Origin: an uncultured Planctomycetota bacterium
Lineage (GTDB): Bacteria > Planctomycetota > Planctomycetia > Isosphaerales > Isosphaeraceae
Assembly (NCBI GenBank): GCA_963823665.1
Contig: CAWGMQ010000011.1
Location: 512,001 to 576,000, forward strand
Direction of reading: 5' to 3'
DNA length: 64,000 bases
Shown here one piece after another: positions 21,368 to 32,821 of the stretch. Each line of letters starts with the position of its first letter. Position 1 is the stretch's first letter. The notes beneath the pieces were generated by a model. It worked only from the letters and a program-made list of their open reading frames with translations, was not told where the DNA came from and made no database searches. A program made the position numbers and the translations under genes.

Positions 21368-21820
21368 TGCGGCCCGCAGGATTCGAACCTGCAACCAAGG
21401 GATTCAAGGGCCCTCGCGTTTCCACGAGGCTTGGACTATCTCATCCTCCAGGTTCCTTTGCATCCAGGAAGGCGACCGGAACGAATTCCGGGCAGTTCTT
21501 CTGGATGCGATCGTCCTCTGGAGGCCGGGCGCTCGGGGCGGGGGTTATTGTTGGGGCTCACCCCGCTAGTCTCTGAACCTTCCTGGCCACCAGTGCCCGG
21601 CCAGGCTTGGCTGCGGATTGCCCTACCGAAGAAACAAGTCGGACAGATCGAGAACATCGGTCAGGAAAGGTCGTGCGAACGACCAAACCACCCGAGTAAC
21701 CGCCGCTCTGATCCTCTCGGTTTAGGTTTCCCGCAATTCACCCGGTTCGCAGTCGAAGGTTTCCCTCCGTTGCCACCTTTTGTTGATGAGTCCCCTGCTC
21801 TGCCGTTGAGCTAGGGCCGC
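21368..21820 (-). tRNA. non-initiator tRNA with CAT anticodon (Ile2 or elongator Met), interrupted by an intron; exons 21786-21820 and 21368-21404
   Basis: Joined exons GCGGCCCTAGCTCAACGGCAGAGCAGGGGACTCAT/AATCCCTTGGTTGCAGGTTCGAATCCTGCGGGCCGCA fold into a full cloverleaf. The 1-72 pair is formed and the initiator triple-GC anticodon stem is absent. Confidence 0.92.
21405..21785 (-). ncRNA. group I intron (IC-like core), 381 nt, no ORF
   Basis: P AATTGCGGGAAA, Q GGCAATCCGCAGC, R GTTCAGAGACTA, S GAGATAGTCC; P7 GACTA/TAGTC. The 5' exon ends in U, an IGS GTG can pair with CAT, and the intron ends in G. Confidence 0.92.
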
Positions 21821-22008
21821 TTGTGAACTGATCGACGATATTGTTGCCGTGCAAGGTCGCACACGGCAAGGCTGTCTGTGTCGGGGAAAGCCTGGCGCCC
21901 TCGGAACGTCAGGCCGAAAGCCTGAGATACGGGACGTCAGGCTGAAGCCTGACCTACTGGGCGAATCTTGTCCGGCAAGATTTGAGACAAGCCGGGGCGA
22001 GATCGGGT

Positions 22009-22887
22009 TCAAGTTGAAGACACAGCCGTCGCCGTGGCGGTCATCGCTGAGCGCATCTTCGGCAGCCGGATGTCGTAGGCGATCCGGCAAAACTTCATGG
22101 CTTGAATCGAGAGATAAGTCAGGTCGATTTCCCACCAGCGGAGCCCGTGCCGGGCCGACGTTTGATAGGCGTGGTGATTGTTGTGCCAGCCCTCGCCATA
22201 CGTCAGAAGGGCCACCCACCACAGATTCGTCGACCGGTCTCTCGTGAGGTGCGAGCGGTAGCCCCACACGTGACTCGCCGAATTCACCAGCCAGGTGGAG
22301 TGCAAAACAAATACCGATCGCACAAAACCGCCCCAGACGAACCAGGGCATCCCGCCAACCATAAACAACCCGAGGAAGAGCAGGAGCGGAAAGACGAAGT
22401 GCCAGCGCTCAAGAAACATGTGCACCGGGTCTTTGCACAGGTCGGGACACCACTTCTTGTAATACTCGAGCGTGTGCTCAGACTCGTCGTCAACCTTCAT
22501 CCACCAGGCCATGTGTGCCCACAGGAAGCCACGCAGCGGCGTGTGGGTGTCGTCTTCCTCGTCGGAATGTGCATGGTGCTTGCGGTGATCGGCAATCCAG
22601 CCAATCGCGCCGCCTTCCGAGGCGCAGCAGCCGATGATCGTCAGAACGTACTCAAGCCACTGCGGACGGAGTGCAAAACTGCGGTGCGTCAGCAGGCGGT
22701 GGTACGCAAGGCAGATCCCGATGCCCCCCGTCAGCCAGTGCAGGAGAATGCAAACGGCCAGCCCGCTCCAGGAAAAAAATGCGGGCACAAATGCAAGCAA
22801 GGCGAGGGCGTGCAAGGACCCAATCCAGATCAGAGGGCCCCAGGAGAGCCGTGCCGGCGCAGGTTGCGCCGTGGTCGTTGTCGTCAT
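22009..22887 (-). CDS. acyl-CoA/acyl-lipid delta-9 desaturase
   Basis: YHRLLTHRSF, DHRKHHAHSD, WLVNSASH, GEGWHNNHH. Confidence 0.92.
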   Translation of the reverse strand: MTTTTTAQPAPARLSWGPLIWIGSLHALALLAFVPAFFSWSGLAVCILLHWLTGGIGICLAYHRLLTHRSFALRPQWLEYVLTIIGCCASEGGAIGWIADHRKHHAHSDEEDDTHTPLRGFLWAHMAWWMKVDDESEHTLEYYKKWCPDLCKDPVHMFLERWHFVFPLLLFLGLFMVGGMPWFVWGGFVRSVFVLHSTWLVNSASHVWGYRSHLTRDRSTNLWWVALLTYGEGWHNNHHAYQTSARHGLRWWEIDLTYLSIQAMKFCRIAYDIRLPKMRSAMTATATAVSST

Positions 22888-23393
22888 AATCAACCTTTGT
22901 TCGTATACATCGCTGAGGATGGATTCGTGTTGGTGGGAGGGCTACGCGAAGAGGCGCGGCATGTTTAGTGGCAGGTCTATCGGGGTATCGACTCGCACGT
23001 GGTTGCCCTGAAATGCTATAGTTGCTATCGCGCCTCAATTCAAGCCCGATGCGGATTTACGTACCTACATTATTGGGACGTCGCTTGCACCCAGAATCGC
23101 TCCGAGCATCCACTTTTTGGCGGATTCATCGTTGAACACCGGCCTTTCGCTGTAAAAATGAAGCGATGGGGTAAACTAGGTGTTTAGAGAAAAATGCAAC
23201 GACACGAAGCTCTTGGATGAGAAGGCACTGTGGGGAAAGCTTACGGTGGGTCTGGCCCGAATTCATCCGCACGCACTGCTTTGCGGTCTGATTGTGATCG
23301 GTCGCACGTGAAATCTGGGCAGGACCGCCGTCCAGACTCTGACGGCCGAGATTGTCCAGGTGAGGACTGAGCGGCCGTGAGCCGCGACTGCTC

Positions 23394-24569
23394 ATGAAGC
23401 TCAAGTGTCAGCCGGAAGACTTTCGCGTGGAAGAGCTTCCGCTGGTGTCACCGGCCCGCGGCGGCCGTTACGGGTTTTACAGACTCACGAAACGCAACCT
23501 CGGAACGCTCGAAGCGATCGAGCTGGTCGCCAGGCGCTGGAACGTCGCCGGGCGACGGATTTCCTACGGCGGACTGAAGGACCGGCACGCGCTCACGACG
23601 CAGTACCTCACAATCTTCGATGGCCCGCGGCAATCCATCGAGAACGCGGCCTTTTCGCTTGAGCACCTGGGCGGCTTGAATCATCCCTATCGGGCGGCGA
23701 ACTTTCGCGGCAACCGGTTTGACCTGGTCCTCCGCGACCTCGTGCCTGCGGAAGCAATTCGCGTGCTGGAACTCGTCAACTCGCTCGGGTCTGGCGGCCT
23801 GCCGAATTATTTTGACGACCAGCGATTTGGCTCGGTCGGGTACTCCGGCGAGTTCATTGCGCATGCGTGGCTCAAGGGCGACGCCGAACGCGCGCTTGAG
23901 CTGGCGCTCGCGGAGGCCAATCCGTCCGATCGTTCCGGCGTCAAGGCCCAGAAAGCCGTCCTGCGCGAGTGCTGGGGCAAGTGGAGTGCCGCCAAAGCCC
24001 GGCTCGAGCGCTCGCCAACACGCAGCATCGTCACGTACCTGGTGGATCACCCCACCGATTTTCGGGGTGCCTTCGCGCGGATGCGGCGCGAGCTGCGTAC
24101 GCTCTACTTTTCTGCATTTCAGAGTCACTTGTGGAATTTGGTCCTGGCTCGCACGATCGAGCGATGTACGACACCCTCAGAGCGGATTACCGTTGGGCTC
24201 AAGGGTCGCGAATTTCCGTTTCCGGTCGCGCTTGCGCCCGATCACGCCGCTGCGCTGCGCGACTGGCCGATTCCGCTCCCTTCGTCCAGGAACGTGCTGC
24301 CTGAAGGCCCGCGCGGCGAGATAATCCAGGAGGTGCTGGCCGAGTATCAACTGACCTGGCCCGATCTCAGAGTGCGCCACCTCAAGGATGTCTTCTTCTC
24401 GAAGGGATCGCGGCCGGCACTCGTTTCGCCCGAGAATCTGCGGGCCGAAATCAACGATGACGAGCTCCACGCCGGAAGGAAGGCGCTGCGGCTCGCATTC
24501 GAGCTGGGAAAAGGGTCTTACGCGACGATTCTGGTCAAGTGCATCACCGCGGGGGCGGGGCGCGTATGA
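23394..24569 (+). CDS. truD: tRNA pseudouridine(13) synthase
   Basis: PEDFRVEE, GGLKDRHALTTQ, GNRF, PNYFDDQRFG, SAFQSHLWN, FELGKGSYAT. Confidence 0.93.
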   Translation: MKLKCQPEDFRVEELPLVSPARGGRYGFYRLTKRNLGTLEAIELVARRWNVAGRRISYGGLKDRHALTTQYLTIFDGPRQSIENAAFSLEHLGGLNHPYRAANFRGNRFDLVLRDLVPAEAIRVLELVNSLGSGGLPNYFDDQRFGSVGYSGEFIAHAWLKGDAERALELALAEANPSDRSGVKAQKAVLRECWGKWSAAKARLERSPTRSIVTYLVDHPTDFRGAFARMRRELRTLYFSAFQSHLWNLVLARTIERCTTPSERITVGLKGREFPFPVALAPDHAAALRDWPIPLPSSRNVLPEGPRGEIIQEVLAEYQLTWPDLRVRHLKDVFFSKGSRPALVSPENLRAEINDDELHAGRKALRLAFELGKGSYATILVKCITAGAGRV

Positions 24570-25303
24570 TCGAGCTGGAAGTCCTTTACGAGGACAACCA
24601 CTGTTTGGCCGTCAACAAGCCCGCGGGCCTTCTCTCGCAGGGTGATCGGTCGGGCGACCCGAGCCTGGTCGAGGTTGCCTCTCTCTACCTCAAGACTCTC
24701 TACCAGAAGCCTGGAAGGGTGTACGTGGGGCTGCTGCATCGTCTGGACCGGCCGGTGTCGGGCGCGATGATTCTGGCCAAGACGAGCAAGGCGGCCGCAC
24801 GCCTGTCGGAGCAATTTCGCTCGGGGAAGATCGGAAAACTTTACTGGGCGATTGTTGACGGCACGCCGCCGGCTGGTTCCGGCAGTTGGACCGACGTGCT
24901 CGCCAAGGACCGCCGCGGCAACCGTAGCTTCACGGAGGCAGAAGAAGATTCTGCCGGCAAAGAAGCCTCGGTCAAGTATCGGGTGATTGAACGATGGGGT
25001 TCGCGGTCGAAGCTCGAGCTCGAGCCGCGCTCGGGCCGAAGTCATCAGCTTCGGGTGCAGCTTTCATCCCGAGGATTTCCTGTCCTGGGAGATATCAAGT
25101 ATGGGTCAAAAGTGCGTCTGAAAGCACTTGACGGATGCTTGCGCATCGCGCTTCACGCGCGCCAGATCACTTTCACGCATCCGACCCGCCATGAACCAAT
25201 CACGATCGTTGCGCCGGTCCCGGCAGACTGGCCCGAATCGACGCCCGGCGGGCCGGAATCAAGTTGCGGCTCCAGTAAGCCAGCGGCAGGCCCACGCACG
25301 TGA
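24566..25303 (+). CDS. RluA-family pseudouridine synthase
   Basis: VNKPAGL, HRLDRPVSG, GRSHQLRVQ, GDIKYG, ALHA. Confidence 0.92.
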   Translation: MIELEVLYEDNHCLAVNKPAGLLSQGDRSGDPSLVEVASLYLKTLYQKPGRVYVGLLHRLDRPVSGAMILAKTSKAAARLSEQFRSGKIGKLYWAIVDGTPPAGSGSWTDVLAKDRRGNRSFTEAEEDSAGKEASVKYRVIERWGSRSKLELEPRSGRSHQLRVQLSSRGFPVLGDIKYGSKVRLKALDGCLRIALHARQITFTHPTRHEPITIVAPVPADWPESTPGGPESSCGSSKPAAGPRT

Positions 25304-26922
25304 CGATGATCGCCGTGAACGACCGCCAGGACAGTGGGTTGCCCGGAAGCGCCCCATCGACAGGGGGCTGGCTGCCGTAGCTTGGTGCCGCGGGCTCGAG
25401 AACGGGTGGCATGGACGACGGGGTTTCCTGCGCAGGAGCGGATGAGGGCGCGGGGCGAGCCGCCGGGGTCGTTCGAGTCTCGGGAGTGGCGAGTGCGGTT
25501 TTCGGAGCGGCGTCCTCTGTTCGAACTGGTGTGGGAGGGGCGGGAGGTGAGGCAAGGGAAATGACGGGGTCGGCGGCGCTTGCACGCGAGCGGTCGTCGT
25601 CCGTCGAGCCGGTTCGAGCCGGGGGCAGCGTTGAGACGTACCTGGTCACAGCGGACCAGTACTCCTTATTTGACAATCCCAGCTCTTCGGCTTCGCGTCG
25701 CGCGACTTGCTCTTCGGCACGGTCGGTGACGACGCGCCGGATGTACCACAGTGCACCTGAGCGAGTGCCGTCGGAGTCGAAGAAATAGAGCGGCCGAGCT
25801 TCGGCCGCGGCGACCTCGAACGCAAATCGCGCGACATGCTCGCGATCGATCGAGCCGGGGCCGATTGGCAGCGCGATGTATCGCAATCCGCGTTTGGTGG
25901 CATCGGCGATGAAGGCAGGTTGCACCTCCCCGGACTCGCGCAGATCGAGCAAGGTGCGATAGCCCTTCTCGACGAGCCAGTCGAGCCCGGCGCTGGAGGG
26001 AAGGCTGCCGCCGGCGAGCTTGAGGTCGACGGCCAGGAAGCGAGTGAGCCCCGGCCCGACGCTCGCGGAGGTCGCGGGCTCGGGCGCGGGGAGGTTGATC
26101 GAAGTCAGCTCAACCTCGCTCGCAAGGGCGGCGGGGGTTTCGTTCTTCGGGTCCGGCTTGTTCGCGGCCGTCTTGCCGGTTGACGCCGGCTCGGCCGCGG
26201 GCCGGGCCGCCGCCGGTGGAGGCACCGGCGGCGTGGAAGAAGACCGGGGGACGTCGCCGGGCAAGTCGAGCGGCGGGATGTTGTCGAGCGGGTCTGGCTC
26301 GCCAGCGGACTGGCTGCCTGAGCCCGCACGCGAGGGCACCTGGGCCGACCGCGCGGTCGGCTCAGGCGTCGTCACGGTCGTTTTGATGTTGTTTTCGTTG
26401 CGCCGGCGTGCGATTCGCGTTCCGGAATCCTGGCCGCGAGTCTGGTAGCTCGCGCCCTGGGGCCCGGTACGGGAATGCGCCGTTGCCCGGCGGCGTGACG
26501 ACCCTGGACTTCGCAGTCGGATCGACGGGGTTGGCCGGGCCAAGCTCGGTCGACGAATCGGTCGAGCCGGGTGGATTGACTACCCGTGCTCCAGATGAAT
26601 AGCTCGGAACCACGCCCGGGGTGACAACAGCCGACGGTACGGCGTCCACAACCGTGCCATCGCTGACGATTCCGGGCTCACAGCAATCGGCGGCGCGGGG
26701 GCGATTGAAGACGCGGGCCGATGTCCGGCTGAAGAAGCCGCACGGGCCGAAGAGCCCGCTGCCGTCGCCGCAGTGCGCGAGCGGCCCGGATTGACATCCG
26801 CTTTGCAACAAAGCCAGGCAAGCGAGTAATCCCAGGGCTGGAAGCGAGCGGCACCAGTGCCGCTTGCGCGGGGGCTCGCCGCGGGTCGCTCTCCCCGCGT
26901 GTAACCAATCGAGGCAGAACAT
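25200..26922 (-). CDS. lipoprotein with a DSP-PTPase/DUF442-like domain; frameshift near 26460
   Basis: ORF 26362..26922 has a lipobox (LQSGC). ORF 25200..26543 has KGYRTLLDLR...GLRYIALPI...RPLYFFDSDGTRSGALW, with Asp at the catalytic Cys position. Confidence 0.65.
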
Positions 26923-27322
26923 GTTACGCTACTCCTGTTCTCCGACACCGCCGCGCGCATCGTCCTGTCGCTCGATCCCGCGCGGAAATTCGCGGAATCG
27001 AGCTGCCGAACGAGCCATCCGTGGCAAGGAGACGATGCACGTCGGGACGCTCGGGGTGCCAATCAAGGGTTCGGTGAAAGTTCCCAGGAGCGTCGATCGG
27101 GCTGCTCGGCGATCCGGATTTGACGAGTCGGCGGGCCCTGACGATCTTGACGATCGAATACCCGGCGAACTGGCCAAAACGGACCGTCGAGCTCGACCGA
27201 CGCATCGGCCGGAAGACTCGACGGCAACCCTCGTGAAAGAGTCGCCGATGAAACTTAGCCGACGATCGGCGCGTTGCCAAAGAAACGAATCGATTTCTAG
27301 AATGAGTCGTCGGGTGTATGTC

Positions 27323-28729
27323 ATGCAGTCGCTAAATCGCTCAGACCTTCTCTCGGAAACCGGGATGACGCCGGCCCTAAATCACGCCCCTCCGGCAACC
27401 TCAGCCCGGTTCCGCATCAGCCGGACGTGGAACGCGGCCCTGATTTTTTGCGCCGCGCTTCTGGTGTTCGGGTCGAGCCTCCACTCGCGCTACTTCGAGG
27501 ATGAGTACGCGTACATCAACCAGAGCTATTACGCGGACCTGTTTTTCAGCCGCCAGCTCAACCACCCGCTCTGGCTGGATATGCCGGCGACCGATTTGCA
27601 GCCGCTTCCCAAATACTTGATCGGGCTCGCTTTTCGCCTGACGAGTTTGCCCATGCCGACCCGTGCGGATGCCTGGAAGTGGTATTTGCACGACGACTAC
27701 CATAGATTCGGAGGCCCTTCGACGCTTCTGGCCGCGCGGGTCCCGATCATTCCACTGGGTGCGCTTGGTTGTCTTGCGCTCTTTGCCTGCGGCGCGATCG
27801 TGAAGGACGCGCGCGTGGGAACAATCGCCGCGTTATTGCTCATGATCAACCCGCTTTACTCCCTTCACGCCCATCGGGCCATGGCGGATGTTCCCTACGA
27901 AGCCTTCATGCTGTCGGCGCTGGCGGTCTGGCTCGCGATGTGGTCGCGCGTCTGGGAAAGGGGTGCGCCCGTTGCCTGGCTGGTTCTTCCCTGGCTGGCG
28001 GGGCTGCTCGCGGGGATGTCGCTGCTCTGCAAGTTGAACGGTTTCATCTCGCTTGCGAACGTCGCGGCGGCATGCGGGCTCACGTGGGTGCTGCCCGGTC
28101 TTTCGATCGGCCGCAAACTCGCGATCACGGCCGCGACAATTGTCACCGTCGGGGGTGCACTTGCCGTCGCCGTGGCGCTCAATCCCTACCTGACTGCGAA
28201 ACCGGCAGAGCTGGTTGAAGGCATCGACCCTGCACTGGTGTCGAAGAACGTGTGGGAGCGCTTTCTCAACCAGGTGAGCGTTCGCCTCGAGATCTCGAAC
28301 AACCAGAAAAAGAGCTATCGCACCGACGCTCTGGTGAATGTTCCCGAGAGGGCAGAAGTGATCCTTGTGCAGGGATTCGGGCGGTTCGGGCCGTTCGGGC
28401 CGCGCGCGGCGGATTCAAGAGTGCGATTCGACTTGAGCCAGGATTGGGGAGCCGTGATCTGGCTGCCGTTTGTCTGCTTCGGGTTGTATCAGTCCGTGCG
28501 GCTGGGCCTGGCACAGCTTCGCGCCGGCAAGCCGCCCGGTGCGCTGGTCGTCGTGGTCTGGGCCATGATTTCCGGGGTCGTTGTCACGATCTATCTGCCG
28601 ATGGCCTGGGACCGCTATCAGCTTCCGATTCAGAGCGGCAACGCGCTCCTGGCCGCGGTCGGCGTATCTGCGCTCTGGGAACGACTGGTGGCGGCGTCAG
28701 GTTTCCGGCCCGATCTCGCGAGGGGTTGA
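27323..28729 (+). CDS. ArnT/PMT (GT39/GT83-like) membrane glycosyltransferase; start uncertain
   Basis: FEDEYAY, QPLPKYLIG, RAMADVP, LCKLNG, WDRYQLP; polytopic. Confidence 0.75.
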   Translation: MQSLNRSDLLSETGMTPALNHAPPATSARFRISRTWNAALIFCAALLVFGSSLHSRYFEDEYAYINQSYYADLFFSRQLNHPLWLDMPATDLQPLPKYLIGLAFRLTSLPMPTRADAWKWYLHDDYHRFGGPSTLLAARVPIIPLGALGCLALFACGAIVKDARVGTIAALLLMINPLYSLHAHRAMADVPYEAFMLSALAVWLAMWSRVWERGAPVAWLVLPWLAGLLAGMSLLCKLNGFISLANVAAACGLTWVLPGLSIGRKLAITAATIVTVGGALAVAVALNPYLTAKPAELVEGIDPALVSKNVWERFLNQVSVRLEISNNQKKSYRTDALVNVPERAEVILVQGFGRFGPFGPRAADSRVRFDLSQDWGAVIWLPFVCFGLYQSVRLGLAQLRAGKPPGALVVVVWAMISGVVVTIYLPMAWDRYQLPIQSGNALLAAVGVSALWERLVAASGFRPDLARG

Positions 28730-28732
28730 GGA

Positions 28733-30259
28733 ATGCGCGCGTTACTACGCAAGCCCGCGTGCTGGGTCTTCCTCATCCTGCTCTTGAGCAATGCATTCTT
28801 CTGGCATTCGCGCGACTGGAATACCGCGAGCAGGCTGATGCTCGTGTACTCACTGGTCGACCGGGGCACCGTCATCATCACGGGCCTGGAGGATCAAACG
28901 GGGGATAGGGCCAGGTTCGAGGGCCAGTATTATTCTGACAAGCCGCCCGGCTTCCCCTTGCTCGGCGCGGTGCCGTACCTGGCTTCGAAGCTGGCGCTGG
29001 GAATTCCTTCCCATCCCCTTGGCGGGAAACCGCTATCCTACTGGGCGGCCGACTACTGGGTGACGCTGTTCACCTCCGGATTACTGACCGCGCTCACCGG
29101 TGCACTCCTCTGCTACTGGTCGCGCTGCCTCGGCTGCAGGGCGGGCCGCGCTGCGCTATTGGGCCTGGCCTACGGGCTGGCCACACCGGCGTACGTGTAC
29201 GCCACCTTGTCCAGCGGCCACCAACCGACGGCGTTTGCGCTGTTCACATCGTTCTTCCTGCTCTGGCAGAACGGAGCGCGCCGGCGCCGCGCCCGGTCGT
29301 TCTTCGCCGGATTTCTGGCGGCCTACGCAGTTCTGATCGAGCTTCAGGCGGCACCGGTCTCGGTGATTCTGGGACTGTATCTCATTTTCCAGTCCGTTCG
29401 CGGTGGGCGCAGCGGCTCGGATCTGGCTGCTTTCGGAATCGGCGGGGCGATCCCGACGTTGATTCTTCTGGGCTACAATCAGCTTGCATTCGCTTCGCCG
29501 TGGGAGTTCGCCTATTTTCATCACGACAACCCCGAGTTTCGCGCAGTTCATAGCGCGCAGCACCCGCTGGGACTTGCCTGGCCCGAATCGTTCTGGGCGA
29601 GGGTATTCGCCCTTCTCTGGGGCCGGCATCGCGGACTGACGTTCTACGCGCCGATCCTGTTCTTGACGATTCCTGGGTGGGTTGTGCTTTGGGCTCGCCG
29701 ATGCTTCAGCGTGGCGTCGATGACGATGCTCGTCTGCGCTGCTGTCCTGATGGTCAACGTGTGCTATCCGGAATGGACCGGCGGCTGGTCGACCGGGCCG
29801 AGGTTGCTGGTGCCGCTGCTACCGTTTGCGGTCCTGCCCATTGCCGCTCTGCTCGCGGGAGAGTCAAGGCTCTCACGGGTCGCAACCTGGCTTGCCCTCG
29901 TGTTGGCTCTGGCGGGTGGAGCGGAGATGTTCCTCTTTCAGGGGGCCGACGGGCGAATTCCGCATGACGTCGATGACCCGATTGCGAACGGAGTCTGGCC
30001 GCTCTGGAGCGGAGAAGAGCCGATCCCGTGGTGGCGTTTCAACGAACGCTTCAGCCGGGACCTCACGGTCGTGGCCGCCCCGCAGTGGGTCGCAAGCCTC
30101 CCACCCCAATGGCAGTGGCTTCAGTTCTTGCCCCTGCTGGTCTTTCAAGCCGCCGGGATTCTCGCGCTTTGGCGATTTGGTCTCGACGGCGAGCGCGCGA
30201 AGTTGAGGTCGTCGTCGCTCGTTGACGGGCCGGAACCCCCCCTTGCCCTGGGCGGTTGA
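28733..30259 (+). CDS. polytopic membrane protein (GT-C-like)
   Basis: YYSDKPPG and WTGGWSTGPRLLVP; many TM helices. Confidence 0.7.
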   Translation: MRALLRKPACWVFLILLLSNAFFWHSRDWNTASRLMLVYSLVDRGTVIITGLEDQTGDRARFEGQYYSDKPPGFPLLGAVPYLASKLALGIPSHPLGGKPLSYWAADYWVTLFTSGLLTALTGALLCYWSRCLGCRAGRAALLGLAYGLATPAYVYATLSSGHQPTAFALFTSFFLLWQNGARRRRARSFFAGFLAAYAVLIELQAAPVSVILGLYLIFQSVRGGRSGSDLAAFGIGGAIPTLILLGYNQLAFASPWEFAYFHHDNPEFRAVHSAQHPLGLAWPESFWARVFALLWGRHRGLTFYAPILFLTIPGWVVLWARRCFSVASMTMLVCAAVLMVNVCYPEWTGGWSTGPRLLVPLLPFAVLPIAALLAGESRLSRVATWLALVLALAGGAEMFLFQGADGRIPHDVDDPIANGVWPLWSGEEPIPWWRFNERFSRDLTVVAAPQWVASLPPQWQWLQFLPLLVFQAAGILALWRFGLDGERAKLRSSSLVDGPEPPLALGG

Positions 30260-30396
30260 TCATCAGAAAACGCCGTTTCTCCCGGTTGTGACCCTAACCT
30301 TGCTTCCATTGAAGTTCGCTCGAGAGCGGAACTACAACTTCTCAGCCCTCAAAACCACCGATTGGCGTCACGTCCTTACCACCATTGGACTTAAGT

Positions 30397-30555
30397 GTGA
30401 CGATTGAATAATCGGAACTCGGAGTTTTCCGCCGTAAACAACTGTGCGGCTAGTATTTATGGCGTGACGATGGAATAACCCGAACTCTGACGATTTCGGA
30501 CGTAAATTCCTGTGGTGACCAAAGTTACGGCGTGACGATGGAATTATCGGAACAC
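30397..30555 (+). repeat. three imperfect direct repeats with a 67-68 bp period
   Basis: GTGACGATkGAATwAyCsGAAC at 30397, 30464 and 30532. Confidence 0.75.
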
Positions 30556-32821
30556 TGGCTTGTTCACGGGCACTGAATCCGCATCATCGTCGCTTCCCGG
30601 CCACTCCGAAAAACCCCAGAAGCTGCACGGTCGCACCATGGACAGGCTCCCTTCCAGTGCCCTGAAAATTCGGCCCAAAACATAGTGAACAACACCCGCA
30701 ATCAAAAATGGCAATCTTGCGTGACCATTGCCAAAAGGTTTTGCCATCGCCGAAGAACGCCTGGCTCGATTCTCATTTGGGTATGCTCATTGTACTTACA
30801 GAGTAGCCACTCGACCAGAAGTTGTGGCTGCACTCATCGCGAAAATGGCAATAAGTGGCAATATTACGAGCCCCTTAAAGCATTCGTACACCAGTGTAAA
30901 CCGGCCACAGCTTGGTCCCGATCTTACGCTCCTATCTCGCTCCGACTCCAACAACCCAACGGCCGTCATCATCCGTCGCACTCCTCCCATAAACCCCGCG
31001 CACGAACTAGCTCCCGCCGGCTGCAAAACACCAACGCGCAGCGCACTACCTCATCTACAATATGCGACGACTTTACGACCTGAGGGCGCCAGCGACGGGG
31101 AGGTTTCCAGAAAGCTTCCGGGTTCGAGCGATCAGATCGATTAGCGCACTGAATTCATCATGCATCCGCGCGGTCGCAGGCGAAACGCCGGCCCCACAGC
31201 CATGTCGCCCAACTCTCGGCTACCGTCCTGCGCTTTGTTGACTTGGTTAACTTCTGTTGAAAATCCCCTCAGGGAAAGCCAGAGGAAAGCCAGACACCCA
31301 GCGATAGACGGACTAGTAGGTCAGGCTTCAGCCTGACTTCCCCAGCCCGATAGCGCCGGCGCGAGGGATCTTCCACAACCATACGCATATCCCATTTCGA
31401 CTGAGACGTTCCTATTCCCTCGTGGTGGAAGCGCAGCCGCAGCCGACTTTCGGCACCCCCTTTCCTCCGCCCTCAGTCCTCCGCCCTGATTCTTGGCGAG
31501 TTCGTTTTGTAGATTCGTCGCGCGTCCTTACGCCACAAGGATTACGGGAATGCACTCGGTCGGTCGTGATGGCGAACCATCGGCCGAACTCGAAGCCGAA
31601 ACCCCGCCCGCGAGCCGCGTCGCTTCGACCCAGAATCGCCGCGGCCCGGCCTGCGGAGCGCTCCACCCCCCAGATCCGGGTCCCCGGCGATCCGCAAGTG
31701 TCCATGCGAAAACGGCTTCGGTCGATCCAACAGCGTCTTTCGCGTGGCCCAAAATGATAACTAATGATAGCACAAAACAGGAGATCCTCGCCTTCCTCCC
31801 AGTTCAGAGTCCGGGGAGCGAACCGTGCGCTCGACACGACCACGCGGTCGTCCGATCGGTAATCTCGGTCGAATCCCGATCCCGGTATCGTGTCATGTTC
31901 TCTTCCCTCATTCGTGAGATTCTTAAGATTCGTGGTTCGACGTCCCCGCCATGTCAAACGACAGCCTGGCCACGCTTCGCACGCTCCAAATAAGTAGAAG
32001 TGGATGGGACGAAATGGGACTCTTTGACCCCAAAAAGTCTCATTTTGCTCGCTGTCTTGAACCCCTCCGATGGCTGGCCGGAACGCCTCGAAGCCGTACG
32101 GAAATGCTGAGAGCCAAAGAGGATAACGCCACCAGTCTGCTCTCTGATTGCTCGACGCGGCGGAAGAAAACTCACACTCATGCTGGTCCAGACCCGTCCC
32201 ACGCTCGGCACAGCTCAAAATTCGGGCGGATTCCGTCGCGCACCGGTCCCCCTTTACGAGCGCAGGCCGGCCCCATTTTTCCCAGTGCACATGCGTGGTC
32301 AGGCCGACTTGGGATCCTCGAGCACGCGCTCGAGCAAACGCAGCAATCATTCCAGGTTCCAGAGAGGTGGGCGCCCATCGCGCCGACTCCAGTGTCGGCG
32401 ATCGAGATCGGGCTTTAGATATTATGCGACGGGTTTCCCGGATTTGGACATTTCGCCGACCAGAAATCCTGGGATTCTTTTTCGCGTCGCAACGGATGCA
32501 ACGACAAACTCGATCGAATCCAACGATTTGCGCACGCCGCGGCCAAAAAACGGGGCTGGTTCAATCGTTCGTCTGCTTGGGTAACCCGTTGCGCGCTCGT
32601 CCCGGCGACCACACCAACCCGAAGCGTAAGCGAGGACTCCGGTTACTCTTGCCGGCGCTTCCTGCGCGTGTGCCGGGGGTGTTACCCGCAATTGAACCAG
32701 GCCAAAAAACGGGGAAAAACGTGTGCGTCCGGCCAACCCCATTCGGGGTTTCGGGCTGGCCTCAGGGGGGGCGACCCGGCATACCTTGAATGGCGGCGGT
32801 GGGACCGATCAACGACTTGGA

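Noticed and set aside
13500..21368. Genomic island integrated at the tRNA 3' end
   Set aside because: Accessory-looking genes lie downstream of the tRNA, but I found no integrase and no duplicated tRNA end.
30397..30555. CRISPR array
   Set aside because: Only three degenerate repeats, spacers similar to each other, and no cas genes.
30685..32789. ORFs of 130-312 aa in this interval
   Set aside because: No recognisable motifs, Arg/Pro/Ser-rich, and overlapping in several frames; probably noncoding or decayed.
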